This document shows, in pieces, positions 62,383 through 64,000 of a stretch of 64,000 nt of DNA (position 1 is the stretch's first letter; each line of letters begins with the position of its first letter). The notes beneath the pieces were generated by a model. The model had not been told where the DNA came from, made no database searches, and saw only the letters and a program-made list of their open reading frames with translations. Source of the stretch: Selaginella moellendorffii (Eukaryota > Plantae > Lycopodiophyta). The stretch is taken from positions 124,001-188,000 of the forward strand of contig NW_003314363.1 of NCBI RefSeq assembly GCF_000143415.4, in the 5' to 3' direction. The position numbers were made by a program, and so were the translations under genes.

Positions 62383-62805
62383 CTAGTCCCTGTTGTAAAA
62401 CTCCACAAGGTCGTGGATCTGCTCGAGCTTCGCGCACACGGGGTCTTTCGTGTCCAGCAGCCATAGAAAATGCTCAAACAAAACAGCCTCGCAGGGAATT
62501 TGGAGAGCTCCGCTGTGACGAAATCCATACTCGTCGGCGGCCTTTTGGAGCAAGGCCTTGAAAATGGGATGCGTGAGGTGCTTTGTGCTCACGATGAACC
62601 TCTTGCTTCCAGCGTAAGCTGCAAAGAATCCCTTTGGAACATCCGGTGGCGGTTGATTTGTTCTAGAGACGCTTTCTTCGTCACTGTCCAAGTCGCTCAT
62701 TTGCCACGAAGGCATCCTTTGCATGCTCGAAACACTTGAGCTCGACCGTGACGAGCTCCCGGGAGATGGAGAGCTTTTGAGAGCAGCTAGAAATTTTTTG
62801 TGCAT
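62383..62805 (-). CDS. SAUR: SAUR-like auxin-responsive protein
   Basis: PDVPKGFFAAYAG.KRFIV..HLTHPIFKALLQKAADEYGF..GALQIPCE. TATA-like TATAAA near 62907-62912 and TGTCTC at about 63085-63090 upstream. Confidence 0.9.
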   Translation of the reverse strand: MHKKFLAALKSSPSPGSSSRSSSSVSSMQRMPSWQMSDLDSDEESVSRTNQPPPDVPKGFFAAYAGSKRFIVSTKHLTHPIFKALLQKAADEYGFRHSGALQIPCEAVLFEHFLWLLDTKDPVCAKLEQIHDLVEFYNRD

Positions 62806-64000
62806 GCTACTAGCAAGGAATGATTGACTCAAAGCACACTAGAGAAAGAGAACCGAGGAAAAAAACCGAGAAACTGGGAGTTGTGGCTCCTTGTTCACAA
62901 CCAAGCTTTATAGCGTGGGAGATCGAACGTAAAGAACTGGAGAAAAAACTCTTTTTTCTTTCGTTTTCCATTCTTTTTCACTTGATTATTAAAGGGTGGG
63001 CGATGCGTTCCAACTGCTGGAGCTCTCTCCAGGTGGGAAGTGTGGCTCTTTCATTTCAATCGTTGCAGTTATGGTCCTGTGCGTTGTCTCGCCTAGTAAC
63101 AGGAACTTGCTGGAAATCCTAGGGACAACTCTCGTGTCACCCAACCTGGGCCTCCTTGTCGGATCCTCAAAAAACTGCTGGTTCTTTTTTCTTTTTACGC
63201 TAGGAAGGTTTGTGTCGCTGCAAAGCGGCTCCGCGATCTATAGACGAGAGCTCATTGGTTTGCTGGGCGATTTCCTTTCCATTCAAGTTGGCGTTTGGCT
63301 TTGAGGAACTAAATCGAATGTCGGTGTTTGCATTAGATGGTAGAGAGATGCATTCACTCAAGAGGCACTGTGCGCGCGCTTTATAAAAGTAATCACAATG
63401 AAGAAAAACCGGCCAAAATACTGGAGAACATGAACCTGATATCAGCGAGTGTCAACTCAAGTCGCAAGGACTGTGCAGGAGGTCTGTATTCAAGCCTCCT
63501 CTTGCTTTTTGCTTCCCTCTTTTTTCTCCAGTGTGTTCCTTTCGCCATTAAGTCGTGCTGTCTAACGTGCAGGGGTTGTGATCCTCCAGCTCCAAGCTCC
63601 AGCGAAGAAGCTGGCCGGACTGGATAGGGAACCTCACTGAATCCGGATAAAACGATTCAAAGCTTGTCATGCAACGTTCCGGACAATCGAAGAACCAAAG
63701 CCAAGCTCCGGCAATTATAAGAATCATTGCACATGAAAGAGATTGGTGGGTAGCCAACACGCTCTGGCCAACTTAACTTGGTAGCTGAATCTTCACACTA
63801 GAGAGAAAAAGGAAAAAAGAGAGGAAGAAACAATGGGGTGGTACAAATTGTACCTCTACACGCTTTGTCCTGGGATCAGAAGCTCATAACTCCAGTGGTT
63901 CCAGCGCGAATGCGACGACGACGACGAGACAACGAGATTAATCGTTCTCCAGAGATGTTGTGAATTAAAATTGCGGTGTTCTTGCTCGGGGAGCTCTCGC

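Noticed and set aside
11907-62805. Hormone or vitamin B6 'cluster' (MAX2, SAURs, RUS1, PLP enzyme)
   Set aside because: The genes are interspersed with unrelated housekeeping genes and 28 kb of TEs, with no sign of functional clustering.

Overview
Compact, gene-dense land-plant nuclear DNA. The 47-65 bp introns, tiny intergenic gaps, SS-motif-rich PPR gene and Iota-class GST suggest the lycophyte Selaginella (inference). The left arm (1-28 kb) holds IspF, GST-iota, FPP, two head-to-head HAD paralogs, CGLD27/Ycf36, MAX2, a PLS-E PPR, SmD1, an ARM protein, a TET10-like tetraspanin, a Tat-targeted M16 peptidase, APUM23/Nop9 and an atypical PLP decarboxylase with an upstream relic copy. The middle (about 28.8-56.4 kb) is a nested Ty3/gypsy island with a 100-N gap. 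It includes a full-length chromovirus (TSD GTGAC) and a young non-coding LTR element (TSD CAATC). The right arm holds RUS1 and two SAUR genes. Most striking: the chromovirus integrase is interrupted by two host-sized GT-AG introns (47 and 52 bp) lying inside conserved integrase motifs. The chromovirus and the non-coding element also share a covarying structured region with tRNA T-loop-like hairpins. All calls come from reading the sequence and recalled family motifs; no searches were run.
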